From: Anolis carolinensis
Taxonomy: Eukaryota
Assembly (NCBI RefSeq): GCF_035594765.1
Contig: NC_085844.1
Coordinates: forward strand, 89,729,923-89,793,922
DNA: 64,000 bases
Direction: 5' to 3'
Below, one piece after another: positions 1-14,184 of the stretch. Every line of letters begins with the position of its first letter. Position 1 is the first letter of the stretch. Under the pieces are notes generated by a model. The model was not told where the DNA came from, ran no database searches, and saw only the letters and a program-made list of their open reading frames with translations. The translations under genes were made by a program, and so were the position numbers.

Positions 1-339
1 AGAATCCCCGGAGCGAATGAGCCACGAGGCTGACTGCAGGCTCTTTTCATTCAGGACGTCCTACCAGCCCCTCCCCCTGGTTTAACGTGCTCTCTGATTG
101 GCCACAAGGTGCCAACAACACGCTAGGTTGCCCCAGTGCCATTAAACAAGTTTGGGTGATTTGCAAAAGCATTTTTTAAAAACGAAAAAAAAGGCGCCAT
201 AACGGAAAACGGCCAATCGCGGTTCGAAACCGCAATATCCAGGAGTGTGGACAACCAAGGTTCAATATTGCTTCAAAACTAACGAAAATAACGAATCAAT
301 AACGGTAAACGGGGAAAACGAATTATTTGAGCAAGCCTA
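1..339 (+). mobile_element. Right end of a non-autonomous hAT-like element
   Basis: Ends in GCAAGCCTA with AACG-rich subterminal repeats, like the right end of 58082-60759. Confidence 0.45.
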
Positions 340-900
340 ATGTAGATATTAAAAAGCATGGGGGACAGAATGGAACCTTGCGGGACCCCACAGGTCAAAG
401 GCCAGGGGTCCGAGCAGGTGTCCCCCAGCTTCACCATCTGGGATCAGCCCTCCAGGAAGGACTGGAGCCACTGCAAAGCAGTACCCCCAAGGCCCATCCC
501 GGAGAGCTGTCCCAGAAGGATACCATGGTTGATGGTCTCGAAAGCTGCTGAGATGTCTAAGAGAACCAACAGGGACACACTCCCCCTGTCAAGCTCTCTA
601 CGGAGGTCATCCACCAAGGCGAACAAAGCCATCTCAATGTCATGACCAGGCCTGAAGCCAAACTGGAATGGGTCAAGATAATCGGTTTCATCCAAGAATC
701 CCTGGAGTTGAGAGGCCACCACATGCTCCAGAACCTTGCCTAAGAATGGGAGGTTTGAAATTTGTCGATAGTTCGATAGAATAGAGGAATCAAGGGATGC
801 CTTTTTTAGAATAGGTCTAATAGTTGCCTGTTTCAGGCTGGATGGAAAATGCCCTTGTTCCAGTGATGAACTGATAATTCTCAAAAACCAATCAACCAAC
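340..900 (-). mobile_element. L2-clade LINE fragment (RT domain)
   Basis: ORF 444-899: SNLPFLGKVLE, DPFQFGFRPGH, LLDISAAFETINH. Confidence 0.9.
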
Positions 901-1716
901 CCCTCCCCTCTTTCACCATTAGGAGAGGGAAGCAGCAGGAAGAAAGCAGAGTTCTCTGGGGAACAGACTGAGAAAGCACAGAATTCTGGGAAATGTAGTT
1001 TGGGAAGGAAGGTGCCTTATGCCAGAAAATTCAAAAGGCCATACCCTAAACTGCATTTTACCAGAATTCCGTTCAGCATCAGAAAGCCCCAATCAGAAGA
1101 GGGGAGAGATTTGTCCCTCCATAGAAGCAGCCAACCAGAATTCCAATAAATTGTTGAATCTGCAAAGAGGAGGAGTGAATGGTCATTCTAGTAAGTAAAT
1201 CTCTGTGCTGAGCTGGGAATAAACCCCTAAATGGAAATTCTATTGGTTAATATGAGAGACATTCAATGAGATAGCTGTTGTGGCTTCTTAAAAAAAGGTT
1301 TTTTTGTCAAAAAATTAAAAATCCCTAAAATCAGTATGAATTTTTCTGAAAGTTGGGGGAATGATTCCCTTTTATCTTGTGTTATTTTATAGAAAAGTCA
1401 ATGGGGATAGCTCTTGCAGTTTTTGTTTAAAATATTGTGTATATAAACTTTAAAAATTCCCCAAAAATCTGTGGATAAGTGAAACATTCTGAAATTTGAT
1501 GGGCTAATGTGTTCTACCATTGAAGCAAGTTTCACCTCAATAACTGTAAAAATGAGGGAGAAAGGAGCCCCTGAATTTTCCGCACTTGCTCAATTACTAT
1601 AATGAAAAGTAACAACATTTCACTATTGATACTTTAGAAACACTTTAGAAATAAAACACCGGCACCCCTAATTTTGTAATGAGTTTTAAAACTTTTTTCA
1701 TTGATTGCACAACCTA
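901..1716 (-). mobile_element. Left-end part of a hAT-like non-autonomous element related to 58082-60759
   Basis: Reverse complement starts TAGGTTGTGCAATCAATGAAAAAA, versus TAGGCATGTCCGATCAATGAAAAAA at 58082; internal similarity continues. Confidence 0.6.
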
Positions 1717-2729
1717 ATAGAGACATAAATATCAATCTCTCTTTTCTTTTATTAGTTAAGCATTGTGAATAGATAAACCATGTGTTTCTTCTTGATCAAC
1801 TTGTCTGTCCTTTTTACATCTTAGACCTAGCATAGAAATGTAAAGAATATTCAAGTGTTTATCCTCAGTAAAAGTGATAATTATCTGAAAACATTTCCTT
1901 AAAAACCCTCAGTTATCTTGCAATATTTATTTATTTATTTCCTCATTTAGGAGAGTAAACAGATTGATGTATTTTTTTAAAAAAAAATCAATAACAGGAA
2001 AAACACATGAGATTATTAGCATAGAGCTTATAGTTTTGCACAAGTTATTCTTGATCATTTTTGCTCAAAATTCAGGGAAATTGTACAAAGCATTGTTTAG
2101 CAATATTTTAATTAAAACAGTCCCAATGTAAAAACTTGAATATGAATCAAACTCATATAATGTTCCCCAGGAAAGAGAACACTTCTAAAATATTTGATTT
2201 TTGTGTAAAAGAATTAAATTATATCCTTCTAGTAACATGTATCTGTGCTACAGTTTAAAACTACAGGCATCTGTTTTTTGCCAGTGATGCTCTTAATTTG
2301 ATGAGTGGGGGATAGTATTGCATAGCTGATTTAAATTAATTGTTCAACAAAATTAATAGAAATATATCAACATTTGAAAACATTTAATGTCACCAATGAT
2401 TTGTCCAGGATGGCTGTGTGGCTGGGGAGTAGACTAGATGGCCTTTTACATTCTCTTCTAATTCTTAGATTCTACCCCAACAATTTAAAAATTGATGCCT
2501 TTTTTAAAAAGGCTATTTCTTGTCAGTGAAGAGAGCAGGCCTTAACATGCCTAGAATGAAACCAACTTATAGTACTCCAATACTAACATTTGCGTATACA
2601 GCATTATTTTGAAGCAATATGTGAATCACATTAAAAACTATTCTGTTTTAGATTAAGAATTATCCACATAACAAATAGTTATTCAAAACATGTGCTTGTA
2701 ATCTTACCTGTTCACTTTGTCTTTTACAG

Positions 2730-2741
2730 GCGCAAATATAA
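2730..2741 (+). CDS. Gene 0: terminal micro-exon (A-Q-I-stop) of an upstream CFH/CFHR-family gene; 3'UTR to ~3200
   Basis: Acceptor ttcactttgtcttttacag|GCG CAA ATA TAA. Flanks (~2490-3205) are an inverted paralog of gene C's last exon region (~50455-51135). Same micro-exon layout as genes A and B. AATAAA at 3153. Confidence 0.65.
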   Translation, partial: AQI

Positions 2742-3483
2742 GGAATGGGGAGAAGTCTACAAGGAAGATTTTTAGCAAACATGTCACCATCAGAAAATAT
2801 AGATGAATTATCTTTAATAGCTTAAAATTACTCTATATAATTGAAATTAACATTATTCAAAGATTATACACAGCTACTTTTAATGGTCAGTGAACCTTTT
2901 AATGGACAAATAGTTTTTAGAAAACAAAACTCCAATATTTATAAAGTGTGAAGTTATTGGAAGCATAGGAGTAGCCCATTTTAAATTTCCAAACAATCAA
3001 GTGTTTTGAAAGAGGAAAAATAAACCAAAAGCTGAAAACATATCTAATGTGAGTGTGCACTCATAACGGGGTTTAACAGGCTAAAAAATACAGTAGCTTT
3101 ATATAATTTTAGTAGTTACATTTTGTTTGTAAGATGTTTGTGTATTTTGAAAAATAAAATAAAAAGCACCTATTTGCAAAAGTGATTTTCTTTATTGCTG
3201 CAAAACTGTAAGGCCCTCCAATTCAGCTTTGGAAGAACCAGAATCATTTGTCTGACACGTTTATGGACAACTGGGATGGAGGGAAGTTGTTTAGAGAAAC
3301 AGAGATAAAAGTCTGTGAAAACTTAGAAACGGGAACCAGAAACTGGGTGGAGATAGGGGATAGAAAATTGATTGCTTTGGGAATGAATTTACATTGGAAT
3401 GTGGGATGGTAAAGAAACCACGTCAAAGAGAAGCATACTATAAAGACAAGGGCAATCAGGAGAATGTCAGAACTAGCTTTCTT

Positions 3484-4410
3484 TTGGGTTGCTGTGAGTT
3501 TTCGGGCTGTATGGCCATGTTCCAGAAGCATTCTTTCTTGACGTTTCGCCCATATCTATGGCAGGCATCCTCCACACTGCTTTCAGAGTGTTGTTCTTTA
3601 TTTACTATTCTAATTTTTGAGGGGGGTTTTTTAATATTGGTGCCCAGATTTTATTCATTTTCATGGTTTCCTACTTTCTGTTGAAATAGTCCACATGCTT
3701 GTGGATTTCAATGGCTTCTCTGTGTAGTCTGACATGATAGTTGTTGGAGTGGTCAAGCATTTCCGTGTTCTCAAATAATATACTGTGTCCATCAAGTGCT
3801 CTGCTATGGCTGACTTCTCTGGTTGAATTAGTCTGCAGTGCCTTTCATGTTCCTTGATTTGTATTTGGGCAACGCTGCGCTTGGTGGTCCCTATGTAGAC
3901 TTGTTCACAGCTGCATGGTATACAGTAGACTCCTGTAGAGGTGAGAGGATCCCTCTTGTCTTTTGCTGAACGTGGCATTTGTTGGATTTTCTTAGTGGGT
4001 CTGTAGATAGTTTGTAGTTTGTGTTTCCTCATCAGATTCCTTAATCAGTCAGTGGTTCCCTTGATGTATGGTAAGAACACTTTTCCTCTGGGTGGATCTT
4101 TGTCTTTACTCTCATGGCTTGTTCTTGAAAATGAACAAAATCTGTCTACCAGTATTTAAAAAAAACTCTCAAATAAGGACAGTAAATAAAGAACAACAGG
4201 GGAATGAATAAATCAGGACTAGCTAATACCTCCCAACAAAGGATTCCCCCAGACAAGAATCATACAGGCCTTGAAACTGCAAGGCTTTGCAATGCTAATC
4301 AAGATGATTAATTGCAACATTCACACTTGCCTCCAATAGACAAGAGTTCTTTCTCCCACCCTGGATTTTCCAGAGACATATAAACCTCCCTTGCCTAGTT
4401 TCCAAAAAAA
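3484..4410 (-). mobile_element. Degraded, rearranged Penelope-like element (terminal repeat, GIY-YIG fragment, inverted 3' segment from ~4128)
   Basis: ORF 3661-4032 GVYCIPCSCEQVYIGTTKR matches the 42887-44632 ORF; 4128-4410 matches the same family in the opposite orientation. Confidence 0.88.
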
Positions 4411-5041
4411 GCTCCATTTGCAAAAGTGATTTTTGCAACTTATTGGAGATAAACATCTCCATGAGTTGACATATCCCAGCTTCCGCTGTTCGATTTGCTA
4501 ATATGCCTATACACATATTTGACCCCTGGTTGGTTAAAAACATTTTATTTATATTTAACAATTATATTGTGGAAATTACATTATTAATTAAGATAAAATA
4601 AAAATCATTTGTATGATTGCTTCCCCTTCCTTCCCGTTCCCAAATCAATCAATCTATCTGTCTGTCTGTCTGTGTGTGCATAAAACACATTTACTTCAGA
4701 ACAATGCCTACTATAATTGCTCCCCATTACACTATTTCCCTTCTTCCCCTCTCCCCTCCCATTGTAGTGACAACCTGTCCTTTGGGTTGAAGGTATTCAT
4801 ATACAACCTTACCCTTCCTCTCAGTAAAACATTCACCCATTCTTCCTTCCAACACAAGAATCATTATCTAAAATTACAAGAAAAATGTCTAACAAATACT
4901 ACCTCTCTCACACTGATTATTTCATTCAAGAATTGATGCTTTCTGCTGCCAAAACTCAGGATGCAGATGCTCTAGGGCAACAGTGATCGTCTACTTTCAG
5001 TTCTTCCTAGACTCCCAGCTATTGTACTTCATAAAATAACA

Positions 5042-5360
5042 TAGAGAGGAAGGAGAAAGCTTGTTTTCTGCTGCCCTGGAGACTAGGATGCGGAACAATG
5101 GCTTTAAACTACAGGAAAAGAGATTCCACCTGAACATCAGGAAGAACTTGCTCACTGTGAGGGCTGTTCGGCAGTGGAACTCTCTCCCCCGGACTGTGGT
5201 GGAGGCTCTTTCTTTGGAGGCTTTTAAGCAGAGGCTGGATGGCCATCTGTCGGGGGTGCTTTGAATGCGATTTCCTGCTTCTTAGCAGCGGGTTGGACTG
5301 GATGGCCCATGAGGTCTCTTCCAGCTCTATTATTCTATGATTCTAAGATTCTATGATTCT
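5042..5360 (+). mobile_element. CR1 LINE 3' end
   Basis: RFHLNIRKNLLTVRAVRQWNSLP...FKQRLDGHL and an (ATTCTATG)n tail. Confidence 0.92.
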
Positions 5361-6077
5361 ACAGAGCCCACATTGTGTTCCCATTGTCCTGTTATCAAGT
5401 GTGATAGAAAATGCCATACCACCACTAGGGTTGAGTCAGATCCCACTATAATTAGATCAGATTTTGCCTGTGAAATTTGAGGGGTGTGTATATTTCATAA
5501 CAAAGAGAAAAAAATGGCCCTCATCACTTGCTCATTAGATTATATTGAATGGTGGCTTTCATGTTAGTGGAGCAGTGCATCTATTCTGACTTATAATCCA
5601 AAATCCATATCCAAACTGCAGAACTAACCCATATATAGGCTCATCACCTTCCAATGTGGGTTTATAACCTAGAGCAAAATCAATCTTCCCCTAGAAGCCA
5701 CCAGCTGCTATTCCCCCATTATTTCTAGACTACTGATGCACAGCAAAATAAACTAGTCATAAGTTAATATATTTAGTAGGATAGCTTTCTTCTTTTTATG
5801 TCCAGGTGGTAATATAATATCAATTGCTGAAATAGCACTTTGATCATTGATTCCAGAACTGCACCACAAAACCCAGCAATTTTACTGAAAGGTTTTTCGC
5901 CCCACATCAAGTTTGTGACCAGGATTCCAGTAATGTCATGGTCAGGTTGCCAAAAACAACAGCAGATAACCAATTACATCAGGTTAGAAAATACAATAAA
6001 ATGAAAGACCTTTGGAGTGTATGTGTTGTTGAAAGAGAAGATCGTGTTTGGCAGATCTGGGAAGACTCTTCAAGACT

Positions 6078-6141
6078 ATGAGGAACTGGCTGATCTGTAT
6101 TGTCCTGTTTCTTGTATGGACATGCTGCATTTCCCAAGGTA
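6078..6141 (+). CDS. Gene A exon 1: signal peptide MRNWLICIVLFLVWTCCISQG
   Basis: ATG, hydrophobic core, donor A|gtaagt. Same 64-nt length and similar sequence to gene B exon 1. Confidence 0.8.
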
Positions 6142-9100
6142 GTAAGTTATGAAGAAAAATGGGAATATTCAATTTAAAGAGGAAATTGTTGGGGAATACA
6201 TTATAAAAATGTTGCTTTTATGAGGCTTCTAGTGAAAAGGAATTAATTCAATGTTATATTGAATATTCCAACATTAAGTGAAAACATTACTTTTCAATAA
6301 AGCCAGTGGGATTTAACTGATTCCTTTGAAAATATACATGATATTACACTGTTTAACCTTCCACTCCACCTTTAATAGCAGCACAAGCATTTTACTGACA
6401 GTGCAGTTTATTCCCCTTTCTATTCCCAGCTCTCTTCCAAGACTTCAACTGTTAGGTCAAAACAAAACTCATACAAGCTACTTCACTCAGATTAGCTCCT
6501 TCGAATCCTAGTAGTTACCTGTTAAAATGTGGTCATGAGGAATAAGATTTCTAAATCCCATCTTATCTAGTTGAATAGTCTATATTTTGTCAAAATTTAT
6601 CCTGACAACACTGGGAGAGATGACATGAAACTTTTGTGTCAGAGTGCTTCAAAACGGAGAATTCTCTGCAAACAATGCTGATCTGAAAAACCTATGTTGC
6701 AATGAATAATTTCAGTAGTTTTCTTGAAGAAAGTATTCAAAAACCATACTTTTTTAAAGGCTATTCGCAGTGCAGGAGGCGTTCTATGTATTCTGCTGGA
6801 AAATGTGATTTCAATGCAATAACACTAATTTCTGTGCAGAAAATGCTGTTTTATGGACAAAAAATGCCCTTTTCTATGCAAATCAACCATGTCCATTTTA
6901 GCAAAAGTGAATAGATCTGTGATGGGCATTTAACGAGAAAAGCACACATTTTTAAAGAGTTTTCTGATTTTTTTTTCAGATAATTCTTTCTTTTTTTTAG
7001 TACCAACTGTCTTGTTAGTTAATTGCATCCTCAATCAACTGTAATATTTTGCTCTAATAGTCTTCAGCCATGCTGTTTTGTATATGACCATGCAATGTTT
7101 CAATTCCCCTTTCTATATGTTTTGGTTTAAAAACCATATGCGCTTAAATCTTTATTTATTTATTTATTTATTTACAATATTTCTTTCCCGCTTTTCTCAA
7201 CCCCAAAAGGGACTCAAGGCAGCTTTACATATTGGCAGCTATTCGATGCCTTAAACACAATACAAAGTTAAATGGACATTTAAAATAGAATAATAAGATA
7301 CAATTAAAACAATTAGAGACATTTAAAAACCATGCAATAACAATTAATCACCAGATCCACAAGCCTAATCTGGACTGTTCCTATATTCATAGGCCTGGTC
7401 ACAAAGCCACATTTTTACTCTCTTATGAAAGATCCAGAGGGAGGGGACTAATCTAATATCCCTGGGCAGGGAGTTCCATAGCCGAGGGGCAACCACTGAG
7501 AAGGCCCTGTCTCTCATCCCCACCAATTGCACCTGTGAAGAAGGTAGGACCAAGAGCAGGACCTGCCCGGATGGTCTTAAAGTCTGTGATGGTTCATAAA
7601 AGAAGATACATTCAGTCATGTAAGCTGTGCCAGAACCGTTTAGGGCTTTATAAGCCAAAGACAGCACTTTGAATTATGCTCGGTAGCAGACTAGCAGCTA
7701 GTGGAACTGACACAACAAGCGGGTTGTATGCTCCCTTTACACCGTTCTGGTGAGCAATCTGGCTGCCACCTGTTGAACCATTTGAAGTTTCTGAGCAGTC
7801 TTCAAAGGCAACCCCACATACAGCATGTTGCAGTAATCTATTTGAGATATAGCCAGAGTGTGGACTAAGTATGTATATTGAAATGATTGGACTCTCCCTG
7901 CCATTATCCATATAATAGGGTAGAGAGGTCTAGGTGGCGTCACTATTTATTAGCTGCTATTCATATTTTGGAAGGTAAAAGGAAGAGGGATCGACCAAGG
8001 GAAAGATGGATGGATGGCATCCTTGAAGTGACTGGCTTGACAGTGAAGGAGCTGGAGGTGGCAATGGACAAAAAGGACCTCTGGCGTGGGATGATCCATG
8101 AGGTCATGAAAAGTCGGAAGCAACTGAATGAATAAACAACAACATTCATCTTTTACTAGTTACATTTAATGTCTCCAGGTGTATAACCTAGGATCTTTCC
8201 ATTGTATGAAAAAGAGGTGCAGAAAATGACCGTATATTTTGGCTGTTCTTAAGGGATAAATATTTGCTTTTGCAGACCTTTTCAAACTCATTTATCTATA
8301 TGAGACTGCCTAGATTTCAATGGGGATTACCTGAGATTGTATTATTGAGATGTGTCTTTCAGCTGCATATGGTAAATGATTTCTCCTATACTTTGTCCTT
8401 TTTAAAATCCAAAACGTAACCTACTTTGTGGATAGCCTTTGTATCATTTCTTTTGATTTCCTGTTTAGACATTGTACTACTTTACCATGATGTACAGGAA
8501 TACTATAATATAATTACTCCATAATCAAATATATCATTGTAGATCTTGAAATGCCATGTGGCCGTCCGCCTGCCATTCAACATGGAGATATTTTAGAGCT
8601 TCTTAAAGCAGATTATTCATCAGGTGAAATCGTGACATACAAATGCCAACCATTCTATGTAATAAGAGGATCATCGGAAGTACATTGTGTGAATGGTAAT
8701 TGGACAGAATTGCCAGTATGTATAGGTATGGGGAAAACTTTACTCTTCCACTTTATTATTGTTTTGCAGTCTGCTATAAATGTGAGAGTATGTGGATTTC
8801 ATGGTTTGAGAATGCTGCTAAGTGATGCTCACATTACAGAAAGGATGATTTCCCTAATTCCTTCAGGGAAATACAGTGTGAAGTAATGTTCAGAAATGTT
8901 TCTTCAAAGTGGCACTAGAGCTGCAAAGGGGAATGGGAATTAATGGAGACCATCTCATAACCATTTTTTGTCCAATGTGGAGTCTCTAATGGAATGGCCA
9001 ATTTTGTTAGAATTCTGTCATTTTAGTTTTCAATGGAGCTGATTTACTAAAAAAAAAAAATTTAGATTCCTGAGATGGTACAGTGGCCATTCTATTAAGA

Positions 9101-12100
9101 AGCAGTCACTTTATATGATTTGGGGTTCTCTTAAAGATAGGTATGATTCCTGAGCACAGCTCTATAGAACTCTCTCCTAGGCAAGCTTCATCAAACAGAA
9201 TGACAAAAATACCCAAAGATTTAAAGTGACTTTTCTGCCTACAACTGCCAAAGTGGCTTTCCACATTTTTTGAGGCAGTTAGTGCTTATGAACATTCCAT
9301 GCTTATGCTTGCTCTAAATTCAAGAAAAGCATGTGGATGTATGAAAACATTCTGTAAACTATCTAACCAGAACCATCATCCTGTACATTCATATACAGTA
9401 GAGTCTCACTTATCCAGCATAAACAGGCTAGCAGAACATTGGATAAGCAAAAATGTTGAATAATAAGGAGGGATTAAGGACAAGCCTATTAAACGTCAAA
9501 TTACATTATGATTTTACAAATTAAGCACCAAAACATCATGTTTTATAACATTTTTATGACAGAAAAAGCAGTTCAATACACAGTAACATTATATAGTAAT
9601 TACTATATTTACAAATTTAACACCAAAACATTGCAATGTATTGAAAACATTGACTACAAAAACATTGGCTACTAACAAATTGACTACAAATAAAGATAGA
9701 ATTGAATTTAAATCCATAAAAGGTTCAGTCCTTGCTGCCTAGAGAAACAGCTGTGGATCCAGGCGGGAAGCAGACTGCGTTGGATAATCCAGAACGTTTG
9801 ATAAGCAAATGTTGGATAAGTGAGACTCTACTGTAGCTAAAACAAATATCTTCATATAAAATAGGTCATGCCAGGACTTATGATTCTGACAGCAATTTTG
9901 CAGGCCACAAAGTCCATATTGCTTTTCTGTAACATAATTATGTATTATGTGCAGAACGTTAGTTAAAATTCCTTTCTAGCCATGCCTATGGGTTGCAAAT
10001 ATGTCAATGCAACACATAGGATGGCTGCACAATCTCTAATCAATTTAAGCAAAACAATGAAAACCCAAGTAACTTGCTAGACTAGGAGTATGATTCTTTT
10101 TGGTAGTGCAATAACTACCAGGTTCAATTTCTGGAGAAATTAAGATCCAGCTAGGGAACTGAGTAATTTAACTTGTTGAAAAGCTGCATTTGGTGAATAA
10201 AAGCTGCATTTGGTGAATAAATTTTGAAGAGATTACACTTGATCTCACAAACAGAGTAATTAAGAGACAGGCAGAAATGGAATAATGAGCCTCATGCCCA
10301 TATACAGGGTCTAGTGTGGAAAGTGCATACAAAGTGACTTTAATTGATACTGAACTAGCAATAAATGAACATACACATATATAATGTATGAATTCTAATG
10401 TAAAAAAACTCAAATCAGAAGTAGACTCTCCTTTTCAGCTTCTAGAAACAAATTAGAAAGATGTTGGATAGCAGGACTGGTAAAGAAGGTCTTCCCGAAA
10501 ACTTGTAGAATTACAGCCAAGAAGAGTAAATACAATTGCCTATTACAAAGCAGTCACCACATTCTGGATCAGGCAGTATCATCTTTGTACATTCTGGATC
10601 AGGCAGTATCATCCTCCACATTAGCACTTTTAACGTTTGAGGATTTGATTATTCACAGATAAGATTTAAAATGTTCTGTCCAGGAGTCTCTGTTTCTCGA
10701 GTGCAGGGGTTCCCAACCTTTGGTCCTCCAGTTGTCTTAGGCCCCTTCTACACTGCCATAGAAAATCCAGATTATCTGCTTTGTACTGGGTTATATGGCA
10801 GTGTAGACTCATACAATCCAGTTGAAAGCATGTGGATTATCTGATTTGATAATCTGGGTTATATGGCAGTGTAGAAGAGGCATTAGCCTTAAACTCCCAG
10901 AAATCCCAGCTAGGAATTGTGGGAGCTGAAGTCCAAAATACCAAAGGACCAAAATACCTGGAGGAACCACTGCTGTAGTGTGACTATAGTCAACTTCTTT
11001 CAGCCATACTGGATGATTGGTGGTTTCTAGGATTTTTTAAATACATTATTGCAATTCTGTGGTCAGATTCCAGCAAACGTTGGCCATAGTGTCATGCTGG
11101 AAGACCTGGAAATTGCTAGAAAGTTATCCTCTCAGCTAAAATATTGCAATCTATATATATAAAAGAGTAATGGCATCAGGGCAGTGGACAAAACAACAAA
11201 AGTACAGGCCCCCCAACCTCAAAATTTGACAACACAACCCATCATCCATGGCACTAGGTTGATACAACAAAAAGAAAAGAAAAATAAAGTCCTAATTAGA
11301 GAGAGAGTAATAATTGTTTTTATCCAATTGCTGCCAGTTAGAGTGCTAAGCTCCGCCCACTTGGTTTCCTAGCAACCTACTCAGCTCACGGGACAGGCAC
11401 AGTTAGGCCTCACTTAGGCATTTTCCATAGATTATCTGATTTTAACTGGATTAAATGGCAGTGTAGACTCAAGGCCCTTCCACACAGCTATATTACCCAT
11501 TTATAATCTTATATTATCTGCTTTGAACTGGATTATCTTGAGTCCACACTGCCAGATAATTCACTTCAGTGTGCATTTTATACAGCTGTGTAGAAGGGGC
11601 CTCATATAATCCAGTTCTAAGCAGATATAAGATTATAAATATACAGTAGAGTCTCACTTATCCAACATAAACAGGCCGGCAGAGCGTTGGATAAGTGAAT
11701 ATGTTGGATAATAAGAAGAGATTCAGAAAAAGCCTATTAAACATCAAATTAGGTAATGATTATACAAATTAAGCACCAAATATCATGTTATACAACAAAT
11801 CTGACAGAAAATGTAGTTCGATACTCAGTAATGCTATGTTGTAATTACTGGATTTACAAATTTAGCACCAAAATATCACAATGAATTTAAAACACTGACT
11901 ACAAAACATTGACTACTAAAAGGCAGACTGCGTTGGATAATCCAGAACTTTGGATAAGCAAATGTTGGATAAGTGAGATTCTACTGTAATATGAAATAAT
12001 TACTGTGGTAATCCAGAACAACCCAATTCTGCAATGGAGGACACAATCCAAGCACGCCCAACAGATGGCCACCCAGCCTCTCAATAATAATAAGAATAAG

Positions 12101-12521
12101 AATATCGTACAATCCTAAGGTTAGCAGACACCCCTAAGGATCACCCAGTTCAACTTCCTTATATCATGCAGGAGGACACAATCCAACCACTCCTGACAGA
12201 TGGCCATCCAATATCTGCACAATAATAACACACATCGAATCATAGCATCAGACAGTTAGGAGACACACCTAAAGGCCATCCACTCCAACTCAACTCTGCC
12301 ATGGAGGACACAATCCAAGCACTCCCAACAGATGGCCACCCAACCTCTCAATACTAATACTACTACTAATAATAATAATAACATCATACAATCCTAAGGT
12401 TTGGAGTTACCCCTAAGGGTTATCCAGATCAACTTCCTTCTACCATGCAGGAGGACACAATCCAAGCGCTCCTGACAGATGGCCATCCAGCCTCTACATA
12501 ATAATGATGATGATGAAGATG

Positions 12522-12569
<48 letters not shown>

Positions 12570-14132
12570 GAAGCATAGAATCCAAGAGTTTGGAGAGACT
12601 CCTAGGGGCCATCCAGCCCAACCCTTTCTACTATGCAGCTGGACACAACCCAAGCTTTCACAACACATGGACAACGTATAAATACTATACAATACTAAAG
12701 GTAAAGGTAAAGGTTTTCCCATTTCCATCTCCATTTCTAAGCCGAAGAGCCGGCGTTGTCCGTAGACACCTCTAAGGTCATGTGGCCGGCATGAATGCAT
12801 GGAGCGCCCTTACTTTCCTGCCGGAGCGGTACCTATTAATCTACTCACATTTGCATGTTTTTGAACTGTTAGGTTGGCAGGAGCTGGAGCTAACAGCATC
12901 CACTCACGCCGCTCCCGGGGTTTGAACCAGGGACCTTTTGGTCTCCAGCTCAGTGCTTTAACGCACTTCGCCACCGGGGCTCCTTATACAATACTACACA
13001 GGGACATAGACCCCCTCTATCCTCACCACTTTCACAGTACACAAATAACCAAATGCATACTAAACATAAAGACAACCATACAACAGACATTCAATACTAC
13101 CACTACCTCAACAAGTTCTCACCAACACCACCAGACAACGCCACAGCAACGCGTGGCCGGGCACAGCTAGTTTCTAATAAATTAACAATAATTATTCAAC
13201 TGTAACGGCAAACAACTTTCAAGAACACATAAACTCAAAAAGGGAGGAAACACACACCCAAGAGACAAAAAACAAAATAAGAATAAAAGGGAGGGGATTA
13301 ATGTGTGGGTCGGAAGAGGAAAGAACCCAAAAAAACCCATTAGCCTTCTCCCCTATCATTCACTTTGAAGCAGCATTTTTTGGAGAAACTGGTCTGCAGA
13401 GTTTCAAGAGTTTTTGCATATCTGAATCCCAAATAGCCACAGCCTACTATTTGGCCCGGTCTTCCAGGAAGTTGACTATCAATTCATAGGTGGAGAGGAC
13501 TATAGTTGTGTTGGGGATCTGCTGCATGAGTTGGGCAAAGAGTCCTCAGTAGAAGACCAGGTAACTCTCCTCCCAAAAGATTAGCTGCGCTGTCTGGACA
13601 AACATCTTGTATTTCATGGATATTCCATGCCTCTCATGACAGTGAATATGGAGAGCTGACTGTTTTTACTTATTTTAAACAGTCTTTGCCAGTGTTCTGT
13701 AAATGTAGTGTTTGTTGCATGATAAGCTGTTCATACTTGCTAATAGCATACTTTCATGAAATGGGAACCTCCACTGTTCAATCAATCTATAAAAAATTAT
13801 TTGACTTTCTCCTCCTCTAGATCCTTGTATAGTAACTGTAGAAGAAATGAATCGCAACAACATCCAGCTGAAATGGAGAGAAATCGAAAAGCTATATATG
13901 AAATCCAGGGACATGGTAGAATTTTCCTGCAAAGATGGTTTTGAGCCACATCCATTGTCTTACATGTTCAGGCAACGTTGCATTGAAGGCCATTTGGTAT
14001 ATCCAAACTGCATACCGGTATGTCTTTTTTGCCATGATAGAGTGGTCTGACACCATGTTTTGGGTTAGATGGAATAACTAGAACTTTATGTAACCAATAT
14101 GAGTTTCCTACTTGGCATGTAGGAAAAGGGGT

Positions 14133-14184
<52 letters not shown>

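Larger units (their letters stand above)
11150..13170 (+). mobile_element. Non-autonomous composite Helitron (~2.0 kb)
   Basis: Starts A|TCTATATATAT; 3' hairpin GCCAC-agcaacgc-GTGGC then CTAG|T; no TSD; contains a MITE, a SINE and tandem units. Confidence 0.88.

Noticed and set aside
8726-8886. ORF-track extensions beyond sushi exons, some hydrophobic like TM anchors
   Set aside because: They run through consensus GT donors into intron.
10179-10612. Short exact duplications (22 bp at ~10179-10220; 25 bp at ~10560-10612)
   Set aside because: Consistent with ordinary slippage; no sign of function.
12010-12660. Repeat-spacer-like pattern resembling CRISPR (also 30340-30960 and 58533-58970)
   Set aside because: Eukaryotic context; degenerate tandem units inside transposons; no unique spacers or cas genes.
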